From: Octopus bimaculoides
Taxonomy: Eukaryota
Assembly: GCF_001194135.2 (NCBI RefSeq)
Contig: NC_069002.1
Span: 4,277,881 to 4,329,419, forward strand
Direction of reading: 5' to 3'
Length of the DNA stretch: 51,539 nt
Shown here: positions 48,401 to 51,539 of the stretch, in pieces
Layout: each line of letters starts with the position of its first letter
Position numbering within the stretch: position 1 is the stretch's first letter
Translations under genes and position numbers: made by a program
The notes under the pieces: generated by a model
What the model was told of the DNA's origin: nothing
The model's input: the letters and a program-made list of their open reading frames with translations, nothing else
The model's database searches: none

Positions 48401-51400
48401 TACGTAAGTACGTTCGTTCATTTATACGTACGTACGTACATTCGTTCGTTGGTCCGCTCAGTCGTTCATACGAACGTACGTTAGTTCATTAGTTAGTTTA
48501 ATCTTTAGTTAGTTCGTTCGTTCGTACGGACGTATGTACGTTCGTTCCTTTGTAAGTTTGTTCGTTCGTTCGAACGTACTTACGTACGTTCGTTCGTTCT
48601 TGCGTACGTTCGTTCGAGCGCTCATTTTTTCGTGCCTACGTACGTACGTTCGTTCTTTATTTCGTACGTTCGTTCCTTCGTTAATTCGATCGTTCATACG
48701 TATCTACGTACGTAAGTTCGTTCCTTCGTTTGTTCGTTTTTTTCGTACCTATGTACGTTCGTTCTTTCGATCTTTCATTAGTTTGTTAGTTCGTTCGTTC
48801 ATTTGTACGTAGGTACGTACGTTCGTTCATTTGTTCGCTCGGTCGTTCGTACGTACGTACGCTAGTTCGTTAATTCTTTCGCTGGTTCATTATTTAGTTA
48901 GTTCGTTCGTTCTTTCGTACGCACGTACGTATGTACGTTTGTTCCTTTGTAAGTTCGTTCGTTAGTACGCACGCACCCACGTACGTTCGTTCGTACATAC
49001 GTACGTATGTACGTACGCTCGTTTGTAAGTTCGTTCGTTCGTACATACGTACGTATGTATGTACGCTCGTTTGTAAGTTCGTTCGTTCGTTTGTACGTAC
49101 TTCTTTACGTACGTTCGTTCGTTCATTCATTCATTTGTACGTACTTATGTACCTGCGTACGTCCGCACTTTCATTCGTTCGTTCGTACATACGTACGTAT
49201 GTACTACAGTTCGTTCGTACGTATGGACGTATGTAGTTGCTTTCGTTCGTTTATTCGTTTGTCCTTACGTACGTACGTACATACGTTCGTTCGCTCGTTC
49301 TTTCGTACGTACGTACTTAGGTACGTTCGTTTCCTCGTTCGTTCGCTCGTTCGTTCTTTCATTCGTACCTACGTACATACTTACGCTCATTCGTTCTTTC
49401 TTTTGTACGTATGTACGTTCGTTCGATCTTTCTTTTCTACGTATGTACTTACGAACGTACATCCGTACGTTCGTTTGTTCGCTATCTCGTACGTTCGTTC
49501 GTTCGCTATCTCGTACGTTCGTTCGTTCGTTCATACATATTTACGTAAGTTCGTTCGTTGACCGTTCGTTCGTTTTTTCTTACCTACGTACGTTCGTTCT
49601 TTCGTTCTTTCATTCGTTCGTTAGTTCTTTCGTTCATTTGTACGTAAGTACGTACGTTCGTTCGTTCATTCTCTTGTACGTACGTACGTTCGTTCGTTGG
49701 TTCGCTCGGTCTTTCGTACGTACGTTCGTTAGTTCTTTCGTTGTTTCATTCTTTGGTTCACTCGTTCGTTCGTTCGTACGTATGTACGATCGTTTCTTCA
49801 TTCGTACGTACGTACTTAGGTACGTATTTACGTACGTACGTACATTCGTTCGTTCGATCGTTCTTTCGTACACACTTATCTACGTATATACGTTCGTTCG
49901 CTAGTTCCTTCGCTCGTTCGTTCGTATGTAAGTACGTACGTACGATCGTTAGTACATACGTACGTTCGTTCGTTGTTTCGCTCGTACGTACTTACGTTCG
50001 TTCGTTCATTCGTACGTATGGACGTACGTTCGTTTGTTCGCTAGTTCGTACTTACGCACGTACTTAATTACGAACGTACATCCGTACGTACGTTCGTTCG
50101 CTCATACTTTCGTAACTACGTACGTACGTTCGTTCGATAATTCGATCGTTCCTTTGATCGTGTCGGTCGTACGTTCTTCCGTTCCTTCGTTCGTACGTTC
50201 GGTCGTTGTACGTTCGTAAATACTTACGCTCGTTCGTTTGTTCATTCGTTTATTCGTACGTATGAACGTGCGTACAAACGGACGTTCGTTTGTTCGTTGT
50301 TTCGTTCGTTTGTTCACTAGTTCGTACATACGCACGTACTTACTTACGAACGTACATCTGTACGTACGTTCGTTCGCTCATTCTTTCGTAACTACGTACG
50401 TACGTTCGTTCGTTCGTTATTTCGTACGTTCATTAATTCGATCGTTCTTACGTACGTACGATCGTTCGTTCGTAGGTTCGTTCTTTCGCTCGTTCCTTTG
50501 ATCGTGTCGGTCGTTCTGTCGTACGTTCGTCCGTTCCTTCGTTCGTTGTTTCGTTCGTACGTTCGGTCGTTGTACGTTCGTACATACTTACGCTCGTTCG
50601 TTCGTTAATTCGATCGTTCATACGTAAGTTCGTTCGTTCGTTTTATTCGTACCTACGTACGTTCGTTCTTTCGTTCTTTCAATCTTTCATTCGTTAGTTA
50701 GTTCTGTCGTTAATTCGTACGTAAATACATACGTTCGTTCGCTCATTTGTACGTACGTACGTTTGTTCGTTGGTTCGATCGGTCGTTCGTACGTACGTAC
50801 GTTAGTTCTTTCGTTGGTTCATTCTTTAGTTAGTTCGTTCATTCGTACCTACGTAAGTAAGTACGTTCGTTCGTACGTACTTACGTACGTTCGTTCGTTA
50901 GTAAGTACGTATGCTCGTTGTTTCCTTCGTTCGTTCTTTCATCCGTTCGTTGCATCGTTCGTTCATTCGTACGTTCGTTCGTACGTACGTATGTATGTAC
51001 GTTCGTTATTTCGTTCTTAAAGCGTACGTTCCTACGTTCGTTCTTGCGTTCGTTCGTTCATTCGTACGTACGTACGAAAGTACGTCCGTTCGTACCTACG
51101 TATTTACGTACGTTCGTTCGTTCATTCGTTCGTACATACATACGTACGTACGTATATACGTTCGTTCGTTTGTACGTACGTACTTATCTACCTGCGTACG
51201 TTCATTCGTTCGATCCTTCGTTCATTCTTACATACGTACGTATGTACGTTCGTTCGTTCGTAAGTACGTACGTACGTTCGTGGGATCTTTCAATCGTACG
51301 TACGTCCGTAGGTTCTTTCTTTCGTTCGTACATACCTTCGTTCGTTCGGTCGGTTGGTCGTACGTACGTATGTTCGTTCGTAAAACGTACGTTCCTACGT

Positions 51401-51539
51401 TCGTTCGTACATACGTAATAACGTAGGTACGTTCTTTCGTTCGTTCGTACGTAAGTTCACTCGTTCGTTTGTTCGTTCGTTCGTTTTATTCGTACCTACG
51501 TACGTTCGTTCTTTCGTTCTTTCAATCTTTCATTCGTTC
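45453..51539. repeat. CpG-rich cryptic tetranucleotide satellite (TTCG/TACG)n with higher-order repeats; runs off the window end
   Basis: More than 6 kb built from ttcg, tacg and single-base variants in 4-bp register; longer blocks recur; one gap at 46889-47266. Confidence 0.95.

Noticed and set aside
45327-51426. Dozens of long RSFV/TYV and TNER-rich ORFs (up to 388 aa)
   Set aside because: They are translations of the tetranucleotide satellite, which rarely contains stops in any frame; several also span N-gaps.

Overview
Eukaryotic, AT-rich, microsatellite-dense draft-assembly DNA with about 14 N-gaps. The SINE/LINE repertoire, (TA)n/(CA)n/(CAT)n load and intron style suggest a cephalopod, most likely Octopus (inference from recognised repeat sequences, not verified). 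The only gene I can firmly identify is the 3' two-thirds of cytosolic purine 5'-nucleotidase cN-II (NT5C2) on the minus strand: 11 GT-AG exons from 39178 to the stop at 28590 join in frame into 389 aa carrying HAD motifs II-IV. Its N-terminal exons were not found and lie in a gap or beyond the right edge. The rest is tRNA-derived SINEs, RTE-type LINE remnants, piggyBac- and Tc1-type MITEs, minisatellites, several near-perfect hairpins and a weakly supported spliced minus-strand transcript at 4.7-7.9 kb. The most unusual structure is a >6 kb CpG-saturated (TTCG/TACG)n satellite from about 45453 to the window end, with higher-order repeats and one inverted block. No prokaryotic-type system, CRISPR array, rRNA or genuine tRNA gene is seen. 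Almost all ORFs in the supplied track are artefacts of gaps or simple repeats.
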